A DNA stretch of 64,000 nt, from positions 14,076,001-14,140,000 of the forward strand of contig NC_045698.1 of the NCBI RefSeq assembly GCF_009834535.1, written 5' to 3'. Positions within the stretch are counted from its first letter, which is position 1, and each line of letters begins with the position of its first letter. A program made the translations under genes and the position numbers. This document shows positions 1-11,959 of the stretch, piece by piece. The notes under the pieces are model-generated. The model made no database searches and was not told the origin of the DNA. It was given only the letters and a program-made list of their open reading frames with translations. The DNA comes from Camelus ferus. Lineage: Eukaryota.

Positions 1-910
1 AATCAAATCAAAGTGGATTAAAAAAAAAAAAAAACAAAACACTGAAAGTAAGAGCTAAACCTGAAAAAAAAATCTTAATATAAAACCAAGGCGTAAATTT
101 TTGTAGCATTGGGATAGGCAATGTTTTCTAGCTTTGACACCAAAAGCACAAGCAACCAAATAAAAAAAAAAAAAACGACTGAACATTATCAACATTAAAA
201 ACTCTAGCACTTCAAAGCACACTATGAAGGAAGTGAAAAGACCACTCAGAGTGGGAGGACTATTTCAAGCCATACATCTAATAAGGGTCTAATATCTAGA
301 ATTTATAAATGACATTGAAAACTCAACAATAAAAAAGACAAATAGCTCAAATGAAAACTTACAAAAACACACATTTCTCAAAAGAATCTATCTGCATAAC
401 CAATAAGTACATAAAAAGGTGATCACCATCATTTGGTAGTCATTAGGAAATGCAAATTAAAACTGAAATAAGCTAACACTTCACACCCCCTAGGATTTTT
501 AAAAGATTTTAAAAAGATAGAAAATACAAGTGTTCACAAGGATGTGCAGAAATTTGAAGGCTCATACATTTCTGACAGAAGTATAAAATGGTATAGTCAT
601 TCTGAGAAACATTTAGCAACTTTTCAAAGTGTCACATTTTTATTTACCATATGACCCAGTGATTCTAGCTTTCAGTATGTACCCAAGAGAAATGAAAATA
701 AATTTCACACAACTTCTAAATAAATGTGGTTGCCAGGGGCTGGGGCACGGAGGGTGGCTACTAATGAGTATGAGGATTTGGGGAGGTGATATAAATATTC
801 TCAGATTAGAGAGTTGTGATAGTTACGTACCTTTGTGTGTATGTTAAAAGCCAGTGAATTGTAAACTTTAAAATGGATGAATATTATATTTGGTGATTTA
901 AATCTCAACA
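1..910 (+). mobile_element. LINE-1 ORF2 3' end and 3' UTR, old L1M-type, runs off the window start
   Basis: L1 motifs such as 'gacaccaaaagcacaagcaac', 'gtcattaggaaatgcaaattaaaac', 'ccatatgacccagtgattc' and the 3' UTR 'gtggttgccaggggctgggg...gtgaattgtaaactttaaaatgg'. Confidence 0.9.
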
Positions 911-1651
911 GAAAACTAATCAACTACATAAATATACTATATACCAATTAAAAGGCAGAAATTGTTAGATTGAGTTGAAAAAAAAAAAAGACCCAGCTAC
1001 CTGCTGCCTTCAATAATGTACTTTAAATGAAAATACATCAGAAGGCTGAAAGTAAAGAATAAAAAGTGATATACAAGCTAATTATAATTATAAAAAAGCA
1101 AAGCTTATGCATATCAGACAAATTATACTGCAATACAAAGTATATTATAAGAGATAAAGGAAAAATATCATGATTCATCAAGAGCAAATAAAAATCCAAA
1201 ATATGCATAAACCTAATTACAGAACACAAAAATTCATGAAGCAAAAATTGACACAATTAACAGGAGGAACAGAGTAATACAATTAAAGGTGCTAAATTTA
1301 ACATATCACTCTCAGTGAATGATAGAATAAATACACAAATTTATAAAGGAAAGAGAAAACCATGATTATATTATTTATCAATTTAACCAAATTGATTTTA
1401 TAAAACACTGTGCTTAACAACTGCATGAAACATATTCTTGTCAAACTCAGAAGAAATGTTTAGAGAGAACATATGCTTGGCTATACCGGTAACAATAAAT
1501 TTCCAAAGGACGTAAACTAACAGAGCATGCTATCTGATGAAAATGGAAAAACATACAAATGGATGAAAATAAGATACACAGAAAAAGACAAATATTTGGA
1601 GTTAAATAACATACCTCTAAATAAACTAAAGGGAGTCAAAAGAAGATTTAA

Positions 1652-1905
1652 CAAAAATAAATGAGACTACATCAGACTGAAAAGCTTTTGCACAGTGAAA
1701 GAAACTTAGAGTTAAACTCCAAGAGTTCTCACCAGAAGGAAAAATATAATTTTTCTTTAGTTTTGTATGAGATCCATATGAGACGATGTATATTTACTGA
1801 ACTCATTGTGAAAGTCATTTCATGGATGCATGTAAGTCAAATCATTATCCTGTACTTATACAGTGCTGTGTATCGATTATATCCTGATATAACTGGAAGA
1901 AAAAT
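1652..1905 (+). mobile_element. Short internally deleted L1 (L1MA9-like 3' end) with TSD
   Basis: ORF2 piece 'gagactacatcagactgaaaagcttttgcacag' joined to the terminal 3' UTR; flanked by aaagaagatttaa (1639-1651) and aaagaagaattaa (1906-1918). Confidence 0.75.
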
Positions 1906-2017
1906 AAAGAAGAATTAATATGTTGAATTGAAACATAAAGAAAACACAATATATCCAAATGTATGGGATACAGCTAAAGCTATGTTTAGAGAGAATCGTA
2001 TGGTTTAAATGTATATA

Positions 2018-2238
2018 TAGTTGATCCTTGGACAACATGGGGGTTAGGGGTACTGAACCTCCAGGCAGCTGAGAATCTACAGATAACTTTGCAGTTGGCC
2101 CTCCATATTCTTGGTTCTATGTTCTCATACTCTACAACTGCAGACTGTGTAGTACTGCAGGAAGTATTTATTGAAAAAAAATCTGTGCATAAGTGGACTC
2201 ATGCAGTTCAAATCTGTATTGTTCAAGGGTCAACTTTA
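2018..2238. mobile_element. TcMar-Tigger MITE (Tigger2/MER8-like)
   Basis: Terminal inverted repeats 'tagttgatccttggacaaca' and 'tgttcaagggtcaact' flanked by TA. Confidence 0.85.
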
Positions 2239-2349
2239 GTATAGAAAATGTCCAAAAGCATTGATTTAAATTTCTACATCAAGATGATAGAAAAAAAATT
2301 AAACTTCAGGAATCTAGACAAAAAATAGTTCTACATCATTGCCATTAAG

Positions 2350-2533
2350 AAAACTCAACACTATAGTTTAGACCACATACTTCTTTACTAAGGGAGGTCT
2401 TCCTGCACATTGTTGGATGTTTACTAGAATTTGTATCATCTACCCACATTTTGCCAGTAGCAGTTTATCCCAGTCTCTAGATATTCCCAAATGTCACCTG
2501 GGAAGCAAAACTACCACTAGGTAAGAACCTGCT
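2350..2533 (-). mobile_element. MER20 hAT-Charlie element
   Basis: Reverse-complement match to MER20 core: 'cctgcacattgttggatgttta...tgccagtagca...ccaaatgtcacctggg'. Confidence 0.75.
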
Positions 2534-3839
2534 TGAGGCACAATTTCACCACTGAATGCTTTTAAACATTTAAGCCAGAGAAAATACCAACATGACATGG
2601 TCCCTTCCAGAAAATAGAGACTGCTTCCAAACATATTTTATGAAAACAATATTATTTTGATGTTAAATCAGGAAACTATTAAAGTCAAATACCCCTTATA
2701 AAAATACATGGACTATGTTTTATAATATATAAATAAGCAAATCAAATCCAGCATTGTATGAAATGAATAGCATACCATGGGCAAGTGAAGTTGATGACAT
2801 TCATAAAAAGTTTGTTTTGCGTTCAAAAAAATCCCCAAAATGAAATTAACCACTTCAACACAGTTAAGGACAATAATTATATGGTTATCTCAATAAATGC
2901 ATAAGAGGCATTCAACAAAAGTTAATGTGCATTCATGACACACTCAACACATTAGAAATGGAAGGAAATTCAAACCTGATAAGCAGCACTTCAAAGAGGT
3001 AAAGCTAACATCAGATCAGAAAGACAAACATCCAGGTATCTTTCCTGATAAGACTGAGCATGTAAGCATGTGCATTTTTACTATTTATATTCAACATCGT
3101 ATTGAAAATCTTAGACATTACAATCGAACAAAATAAAACAAACAAGAAAATCTACACGGATCAGAAAGGAAGAAGTAACCTGCCTGTATTCATGGATAGC
3201 ATATTCATCTTCCTGTAAAACACTAAGGAATCTATGTGTACAGACACACTCACACAAAGTAACTATCCTGGTGAATTTAACAAAGTCAGAGGATCCAAGG
3301 ATGGTATTTAAAAGCTGAATGTCTTTCCACATACTAGCAACAAAAATAAAATTAAGACATTTATGAATACAATTTATGATAGCATTAGAAAGCCTAAATA
3401 CTTAGGAATAAATTTAAAGAAAGTTGTGTAAAGATCCCTTTACTTAAAACTACAAACTACTGCTTGAAAATTTTAAAAAGCAAGACAAAAAGACAGCTCT
3501 AGTATATTCATAGATTGGAAGGGTCCACAAAATTGTCATTTTTTTTTACTAAAATTGACCCATGGAGTATATGATATTCTAAACAATATCACCCTGGGAC
3601 TTTTTGTAGAAATTGATAAGCTGAATCTAAAAATTATATGGAATTGCCAATGACTTACAGTAGTAAAAGTAGTTTTTGAAAAGAAGAACATAATTGGCAG
3701 ATTCTCACTACTTGATTTCAGATCTCATAGGGAAACTACATTTGTATACTGCATTTATGATAATTTGAATTTCAACAAAGTTTATAATATAACTTCATAA
3801 TTTAATTTAATGAAAAGTACTGTAATTTAATAGGGACAT

Positions 3840-4925
3840 TTCTTCAAAAGTTCAAGGAAAAGAAGCAGATGGATCTCCAAAATTCTAATAACAAGATGCC
3901 AGCTAAGAAAACTACTCAGCTGCAGATGCATTCTGACTTTTATGTAAAAGAGGAAGGATGACACAGTCTCAGAAAAGAGACTCCAGAGGGTGGTGTCATG
4001 ATTATTCCTACACCTAGAGACCTAATTAAGGAATTTCCAGGATTTGCCTGACTGAATTCCAAATTTGCTATGGGCCAGTGACTCCTCTATGTCTCCAGTT
4101 TGTTCTTTTTGAATATATGTTAGTTTTCCTATGCCTGTACTGTCATTGCGTGTATGGTGCAAATAATGTCTTTATATTTTCATAGAGTGACAAATCAAAA
4201 AGAAATATATTAAAGGATATGTGCTTCAGGACCTGTACCCAAAGAGCCACATCTGCAGCTGGACTTGAATTAGATGATGAAATTCTGGACGTTGAGCTAA
4301 CACTATAATGGGATGATACCTGTGGGGACCTTGGGTGGAAAGTGTATTTTGTAGGAGAAACACAAATCACTGGGGAGTCAGAGGGCAGACTGTGGTAGGC
4401 AGCTATTGGAATTACCCATAATAATTACTGTCTCCTGCTGTTTACACACTTTTGTAATTCCCTATCCTTAAATATGAGTGGGACATAATAACTCCTTCTA
4501 ATTGGATAAAAGTGATGAGTTGTCATGTTGAAAAATACTTATAAAAACTATTGGCTTCTGCCGTGATTGTGCATTCTTGTCATTTGTAATTCTTTGCTGC
4601 TCTCCTTCCTTCTTGGAGCCCTGAGGGAAGCAAGATAACCACACATGAGAATCCCTGTAGATTAGCTTACACAGCAAGATGTCTCCAACCAACTGACTTT
4701 GTGGACCTAACACCTCCCAAACAGACATATGAGTGAACTTGGATGAGGATATTTTGCAAAATTTGTCTTCAAGATGACTGCGGCCCCACCAGTCAACTTG
4801 ATCTTATGAAAGATTCTGAATCCAGACACCCAGAGGAACCATGCCTGAATTTCTGACTTACAGAAATTGTGAGATAATAAGTATTTGCTGTTTTCAGCCA
4901 CTGATATTTGGGAAATAAGTAATCC
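3840..4925 (+). mobile_element. MaLR: 3' end of MLT1 internal region plus 3' LTR (LTR from ~4390)
   Basis: Internal/LTR junction 'ggggagtcagagggcagac|tgtggtaggcag'; LTR 3' motif 'ttctgacttacagaaattgtgagataataa...ttttcagccact'. Confidence 0.8.
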
Positions 4926-4929
4926 ACTA

Positions 4930-5200
4930 GTGATGGATAAAGATGTATTTCAAAACAGTATGCTGAATAACATAAGCCAAACACAAAAAAGCACATATAT
5001 TTGTTCCATTTGTATGAATGTATAGAATAGATAAAACTAAGCTACAGTTAGATAAGTCACACCAGTGGTTGTCAGGAGGAAGGGGTGTAGCTGATTGCCA
5101 CATTTTCATTATCTTGACTGGGATGGTTTACAGAATTTTCAAATGTCTTCAGACTACGCACTTATTATAGTCCCATTATATTTCATACACAGTGTACCTC
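4930..5200 (+). mobile_element. Old L1 3' UTR fragment
   Basis: 'atgctgaataacataagccaaacacaaaaaagcacata...ttccatttgtatgaa...accagtggttgtcagg'. Confidence 0.7.
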
Positions 5201-5834
5201 TTTTTATTATTCATAATTATACAAATTTCTTAAGCTCCAAGAATATACTGCAACAGTTACTACATAAAAAAGATAATTACTGATATAGACAGTATACCCA
5301 CCATTGAACTTACAATTTAAAATAAAATACAGCAAGAATGCAATAAGTTTACTTCAAAATTTCCTTAACTTACTAAGGTTATTTTGGCGAATGAATGAGG
5401 TAAAATGATCTATCATTTCAGGTGCAGTGTTAATAAGGCTTTGAACATGACCCACTTCACTCATACCCAAACATATATCTCAATTATATTAGGCTTGGTA
5501 AGAAAAATAATACTTAGAAATTTGGTAAGAACAACAAGTTATTTGAAACTGCCTTGTAGGACTTTAAACTTAAAACTTGAAAATAAAAGTCTACCTTGAA
5601 AAGTAAAGGTTTATAATTGTTCTATAGCTTACTGGATATAGAAATACTCAGATTCTTTTCCATTCTGTATCCTCTTTGTAGATCTATTTAAATAATCTTC
5701 CTTTAAAATGTTCCTTCCTTTTTATAAAACTATGATCCTACAGTTAATGAATTAGTATCTTGAGCCAACTTTGGAGTGATAGAACCTTACTGTCACTCTT
5801 TTTCCTACAAAAAACATAGAAACTACATTTATTT

Positions 5835-6100
5835 TGTGCTTATTATATCCTCCAAACGTCCATGTCCTATTAATGTTATTTTACAAGAAAAAACAGGCTT
5901 TGCTGATGTGAATAAATTAAGAGGAGATAGTCCTGGATTGTCCCCATGTTTCCAATGTAACAAGTGTTCTTATAAGAGAAAGAAAGAGGTGGGAGAGTCA
6001 GAGAAAAGATACAAAGACAGAAGCAGAAGTCAGGGGGAGAGAGAGAGACAGAAGCATAGAGAGAAAAATTTGAAGATGCTATGCTACTTGGCTTAAAGAT
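5835..6100 (+). mobile_element. MLT1 (C/D/E-type) LTR, 5' part only
   Basis: 'gtccatgtcct...ggctttgctgatgtgaataaattaag...ggagagtcagag...tttgaagatgctatgctact'. Confidence 0.7.
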
Positions 6101-6112
6101 TTAATAATGGGA

Positions 6113-7866
6113 TACATAATGCTTCAGTCATACATGAACATACACATATTCATTTTCATATTCTTTTCACCATAAGTTACTATAAGATATTGAATATAGT
6201 TTCCTGTGCTATTCAGTATGAACTTATTGTTTATCTATTTTATATAGATATAATATATATTTTATTATATTTTATTATAGGTTACTACAAGATAAAGAAT
6301 ATAGTTTCCTGTGCTATACAGTATAAACTTGCTTATCTATTTCATATATATTAGTATCTGCAAATCACAAACTCCCAATTTATCCCTTCCCACCCCTTCC
6401 TTTACTCTCTGGTAACCATAAGTTTGTTTTCTATGTCTGTGAGTCTGTTTCTGTTTTGTAAATAAGTTTGTCTGTCTTTTTCTTTTGGATTCCACATATA
6501 AGTGGTATCATACAGTATTTTTCTTTCTCTTTCTGGCTTCACTTAGAATGACGATCTCCAGATCCAACCATGTTGCTGCAAATGACACTATTTTATTCTT
6601 TTTTATGGCTGAGTAGTATTTCATTGTATAAATGTACCACAACTTTTTTATTCAGTCATCTGTCAATGGACATTTAGGTTGTTTCCATGTCTTGGCTATT
6701 GTAAATAGTGCTGCTATGATTGGGGTGCATGTATCTTTTTGAATTAAGGTTCACTCTGGATATATGCCCAGGAATGGGATTGGTGGATCATACGGTAAGT
6801 CTATTTTTAGTCTTTTGAGGAATCTCCAAACTATTTTCCATATTGGCTGTACCAAACTACATTCCCACCAACAGCGTAGGAGGGTTCCCTTTTCTCCACA
6901 GCCTCTCCAGCATTTATTGTTTATGGACTTCTGAATGATGGCCATTCTGACTGGTGTGAAATGATAATTTATTATACTGTTGATTTGCATTTCTCTGCTA
7001 ATTAGCAATATTTAGCATTTTTTTTTAATATGACCATTTGGCTATTTGTATGTCTTCATTGGAGAATTGCTTGTTTAGGTCTTCTGCCCTTTTTTGGATT
7101 GGGTTGTTTGGTTTTTTTTCTTATTAAGTTGTATGAGCTATCTATACATTCTGGAAATTAAGCCTTATTAGTCTCATCTTTTGCAAATATTTTCTCCCAT
7201 TTTGTAGGTTGTCTTTTTGTTTTGTTTATGGTTTCCTTTGCTGTGCAAAAGCTTATAGGACTTATACACAGAGAACTACAAATTACTAAGGAAATTAAAG
7301 ATGACTTAAAGAAATGGAAAGATATCCCATGTTCTTGGATTAGAAGAATTCATATCATTAAAATGGCTATACTATCCAAAGCAACATACATATTTAATGC
7401 AATCCCTATCAAATTACTCAGGACATTTTTCACAGAGCTAGAACAAATAATCATAAAATGTATATGGAATCACAAGTGACCCAGAACTGCCAAAGCAATA
7501 CTGAAGAAAAAGAATGAAGCTGGAGGAATAAAACAGTAATCAAAACAGCACGGTATTGGTACAAAAACAGACATATGGATCAGTGGAACAGAATAGAGAG
7601 TCCAGAAATAAACCCATGAACTTTTCATCAATTAATCTTTGACAAAAGAGGAAGAGCATACAATGGAGTAAAAACAGTCTCTTCAGCAAATGGTGTTGGG
7701 AAAACTGGACAGCTGTGTATAAATCAATGAAGTTAGAATACTCCCTCACATCATACACAAAAATAAAATCAAAATGGCTTAAAGCCTTAAATATAAGATA
7801 AGATGCTATAAATCTCTTAGAATAAAACATAGGAAAAAACACTATCTTACATAAATCTTAGCAATG
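6113..7866 (-). mobile_element. Young L1 with 5' inversion (sense part on - strand 6113-7259; inverted part 7260-7866)
   Basis: Minus ORF 6751..7008 is the ORF2 C-terminus ([18 protein letters not shown]); plus segment gives ORF2 '[22 protein letters not shown]'; the strand switches at ~7259. Confidence 0.92.
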
Positions 7867-8274
7867 TACCCAATCATGTTGTTGTTGTTAGTTAATTTTC
7901 CCAAGGTTACAAAGCAATTATGTAAAGTAATTTAGATCTGAACCACTTAATTTCAGAACCTGGAGTTTCATATTTAGACAAATGACATTATTGCATAATA
8001 CACATACGTAGTTAATGAAAAGTCTAAATGGCCTAACTTGTAGATACATTTTCCAGCCTTCTGCAATAGTCATATATTAAATTTAAACATTAATTATATG
8101 TATCCTCTTAAATAATGTGAATAACAATCAAAGGCTGATGAATTGTACAATATTTCTATTATACTTTTCTTCTGTTATTTACAGCATATGCCATGTAACT
8201 TACATAGATCACATCTTTCTACATGATGGGGGTTACATAAAAGTGATTCCTTGTGTCTGTTTTATATTTCAGCA

Positions 8275-9090
8275 GCTATATATTCAACACTTACTAAGCA
8301 CCAACTAACCTGAACAACTATTAAGGGCCAGACCATATAAAAGTGCAAATTCAAGGACGAATAAAAGAGCATTCATGTTTAAGTTCTAGAGCCTACAAAA
8401 CAAGATCAGATCAGGAGAACTCTGAAGAAGTTGGGAGGGCTCAGATTCTTGAATGACGTGTCAAGGAGTTCAAAGGTTTTTACTGAAAGAAGATAAAAAC
8501 TCTGCAATTATGTTGACTTTGAAAGGGGGATGTATATGTAGACAGAGAGTCAATGACAGAAGGAAAAACGAATTTTGGAGCTATAAAGCAATGTAGAGTT
8601 TGATTAAGAAGAGACAGACTGTGGAAAACCTGACGAGTTAAGAGGCTGCACACATACACAGGTTTGACATGCAGAGACATTAGAGAGACAGTAAATAGGC
8701 CTTATATTTAAAGCCTAGAATTGTATTGATTTTATAACATAAGAAATAACAGGTAGAGTCAAGAGTGGCAATTTGTTTATGATCTTGGAGACTGAGAAGA
8801 TTATGTCTCTTACAGATGAAAAGTAACATAGGAGACACCAAAATCAAGGGGTGGATTTTAAAATAGAAGAGGATATGAATAAAATGATAGTTGGGGAAAA
8901 CTGAGCTTTGAGCTATCTATAAACTCAAAGTGGATCTGGGCAGGTGACAGTAAATGGCACATCAGAAAATAAAAGATATGGAGTATAAATCTAAAGGCTC
9001 TCATAGATGGTAATTTAATCCAGAAAACAGATGAGAGCCCAAAACACTGGGTAAAAACACAAAAGCATCAATATTTAAGGAAAGAGCAGA
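8275..9090 (-). mobile_element. L2 LINE fragments
   Basis: 'tattcaacacttactaagcacc' (L2 3' end, reverse) and a purine-rich L2 body; highly diverged. Confidence 0.55.
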
Positions 9091-9149
9091 TAAACACTCA
9101 CACCTCTAAACACACATATATTAAAAAGAAAAGAAAAAGAAAGAAATAA

Positions 9150-9965
9150 CTTCCTGGAGAGTTGTATGCAGCCTTTTCTCTACTCAACAAGATCCAAGGT
9201 CTCAATCACTTGGAAATACTGCTGGTCTTCAAGGATCCCTCCAAAACAACACGAGTTTAGGATGGTAGAGAGGTGATGAGAAGCTAGAGCAGAAAATTGC
9301 CTGTATTTCAGAGCCCAACAGCCAGGGCTCAAAATCCTTGAAATGTCTAGGCACCAAAGTGGTACTCAGAGCCAAGACAGCAGATGCTGGGAGGCAGGGG
9401 CAAGGAGTCAGACTGGAACAACAGGTAGATCCCCATGACAACCAGGCCGTGAAGATGAAGATGCTTGAAGTAGTTGGCATACCGGCTCTCTGACAAAATT
9501 ACAGGGAGATAGCTGAGTTGAAGTAGTCCAGGGGCATGGCCCTATTATCATATGAGACAGAGGCACGTGCTCTACAGAAGAAATTTTCACCAAGTGGGGC
9601 CCACAGGAACACTGCCCATGAATATTAAGTATGTATTCACAATAACAACAGAAAATATGAAACACATGAAAAGGCGTCTGGACAAGCACAAGTGAGAACT
9701 GAAGTTGAGAAACAACTGATTCGTAATGAGCAAAAACTGCAGATGTACAATCAGACAACAGAAAGATTATACTGCACAGAGAATGATTCTAGGAATAAAG
9801 GATGCAATTACAAAGATGCTTGAATAACAAGAAACTATTAAGAATGAACAGACATTTGAAAAAAATACATCTGGAAATAAATAATAGTATAGGAATCAAA
9901 ATTTTAGTGGATGAATTAACAGTGGATTTCATACAATAGAGGAAATACGAGGGAACTGGAAGGTA
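9150..9965 (+). mobile_element. Ancient L1 5' region / ORF1 start
   Basis: ORF1-like 'ctggaaataaataatagtataggaatcaaaattttagtggatgaattaacagtgga...gaactggaagg'; 5' boundary uncertain. Confidence 0.55.
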
Positions 9966-10197
9966 AGAGTATGAGTTGCATCCAAGGGGAGCAAAAGGAA
10001 GTTTTCTTTTCTCCTTCCCAAATGCATTCTTACTTCTGGCAATCAGCACAGCATAGTGTACCAGATTCTAGCAGACCTACTACTCAGGCAAGAGGAGGAG
10101 GGATCACTGACTAAGAGTAGGAATGCAGAGAGAGGCAAAGCATTAGTAATGGCTTATTTCTTATTTATTTATCTGTTCACAGGTACTCAATACTGAA

Positions 10198-10252
10198 GGA
10201 GAAAGGAAGGAAGGAAGGAAGGAAGGAAGGAAGGAAGGAAGGAAGGAAGGAA

Positions 10253-10310
<58 letters not shown>

Positions 10311-10385
10311 AGAAGAAAGAGAAAGAAAGAAAAGGAAGGAAGGAAGAAAAATAAAAGAAAGAGAAAATGAAAGAAAGAAAGAGGA
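10198..10385 (+). repeat. Compound (GGAA)n(GAAA)n microsatellite
   Basis: Direct inspection: a GGAA run followed by a GAAA run and a degenerate purine tail. Confidence 0.98.
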
Positions 10386-10877
10386 ATGGGTGGAGGTAGG
10401 GAGAGAGAAGGGAGGCGGAAGGGGAAATATTCATACAGAGAACAATGGCATTACTGTGCTCTAATTAAAATGGAATAAAAATGGAGTAATGAACAGTGGC
10501 ACATATTGTCAGTGGGTTCTTTTAGAAAATAAGTAGATTTAACACAACTGGGTTATCCTTACGTTGAGTAAGCACATAGACTTTTCTCTTATGTAGTAAT
10601 GACAAGCTGTTATTTTTTTCATGATTGAGTGACACCATATTAAAATGTGACTATATAAGTGGGTGCTTTGGAGTATGATATCTTTTTTAGTACTAAAAAT
10701 GGAAATATGCAATAGTTTTGATTTTCTCATTTAAAAATTATAAGTAATAATGATGAACAGTCAAGATAATCATAGGGATAAAGAGTCATGAGATGCCAGT
10801 AAATCATTTATCATAATGCTTAGTAGCAAAAAACAAGCGCTTCAAAAGTAGATAATAAAATATTATATAACATAAAA

Positions 10878-11159
10878 CAGTCATCCCTTGGTATCCACAG
10901 GGGATTGGTTCCAGGACCCGCCTCGGATACCAAAATCCAGAGACCACAAGTCCCATAGTCGGGCCCTCCTATCTGTGGATTCCACAATCCCAAACTCAAC
11001 CAACCATGGATTTTAAAAACAGTACACCATCCACATTTTGTGAATCTTCACCTAAGGATATGGACATATAGATGCGCCCAACTGTATATTTATTGAAAAA
11101 AATCCGCATATAAGTGGACCCAAGCAGTTCAAATATACTTTGTTCAAGGGTCAACTGTA
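10878..11159. mobile_element. TcMar-Tigger MITE (MER2/MER8-like)
   Basis: 'cagtcatcccttggtatccacaggggattggttccaggaccc' to 'ttgttcaagggtcaactgta'. Confidence 0.85.
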
Positions 11160-11271
11160 CCTAAATATTCACATTGCTATACACATGTTGAAAAAAATGC
11201 AAATATAAAGCATGAACAAGATATAAGGATATATTTTTTTTCCTTTCTTTCTACACAATGCTTACTAAAGA

Positions 11272-11611
11272 TGTGAAAATAAATAAAGGAAACCTCATTT
11301 AAAAGTGGAGTTGCGGGGCTCTTCCAGGGGAGCCCTCACACATGTACCACTCAGAGCTTGCAGACTGCACCCACCAGAAGAAAGATTTCCCTCTGACCCA
11401 CAAACAAGCTGCCCGCTGCCTGCAGTCAGTGAGACACAGCTCTCCCCAAGTTCTTCCCTTCCTCTATCAAAGAAAGCCCCTCTCCTCTGTTCTCTGGATC
11501 AGCCTACAGTTCAACAGTCTGCTTGCCCCAGATTGCAATTCTCTGCTATTCCCAAATAAATGTATTTTGCTGGTTAGACAACTGGCTCCTTTGTGATTGT
11601 TTAGGTAAGCA
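11272..11611 (+). mobile_element. ERV1 5' LTR
   Basis: TG...CA ends, aataaa near 11555, homologous to 17138-17475. Confidence 0.88.
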
Positions 11612-11615
11612 CACT

Positions 11616-11634
11616 TGGTGATCAGAAGCAGGAG
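11616..11634 (+). promoter_or_regulatory. Primer-binding site, tRNA-Leu-like
   Basis: 'tggtgatcagaagcagga' versus the tRNA-Leu complement TGGTGTCAGAAGTGGGAT, immediately after the LTR. Confidence 0.6.
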
Positions 11635-11959
11635 CTGAAGGAGAAGACCCCTGAGAAATCACTGACCCCCTGAATTATGTGAGGTACCCACACGAGTCCT
11701 TTGTGCTTTCGGCTTCCATGAATTTTTATTTTTCCTTCCTCTTGGCTTGGTTAGTGTCCCCTCAGATCCAAGCTTCCTCCTTTTGGTTGAGCCGTTTTTA
11801 TTCAAAATCTGTTTTAAAGGCTTTATCCTTTCTGGTGAGTACTTGTTTTGTTTTGTTTTGTTTAAATCTTTGAGTCACGGGATCCCAACCTGCTAAATTC
11901 TCTCAGGAGAATTCTCCTCCTGGGAACCTGACCAGTTTTATTTTAAAAAAAGACAAAAA

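Larger units (their letters stand above)
915..3725 (+). mobile_element. Degraded L1 ORF2 (endonuclease to RT region), interrupted by younger elements
   Basis: 'ccaattaaaaggcagaaattg...gacccagctacctgctgcc' (EN start), 'gtatgggatacagctaaagc', 'caaatcaaatccagca', 'tagaaattgataagctgaatctaaaa'; many stops and indels. Confidence 0.85.

Noticed and set aside
10177..10434. 85-aa F/L/S/P-rich ORF
   Set aside because: Translation of the GGAA/GAAA microsatellite
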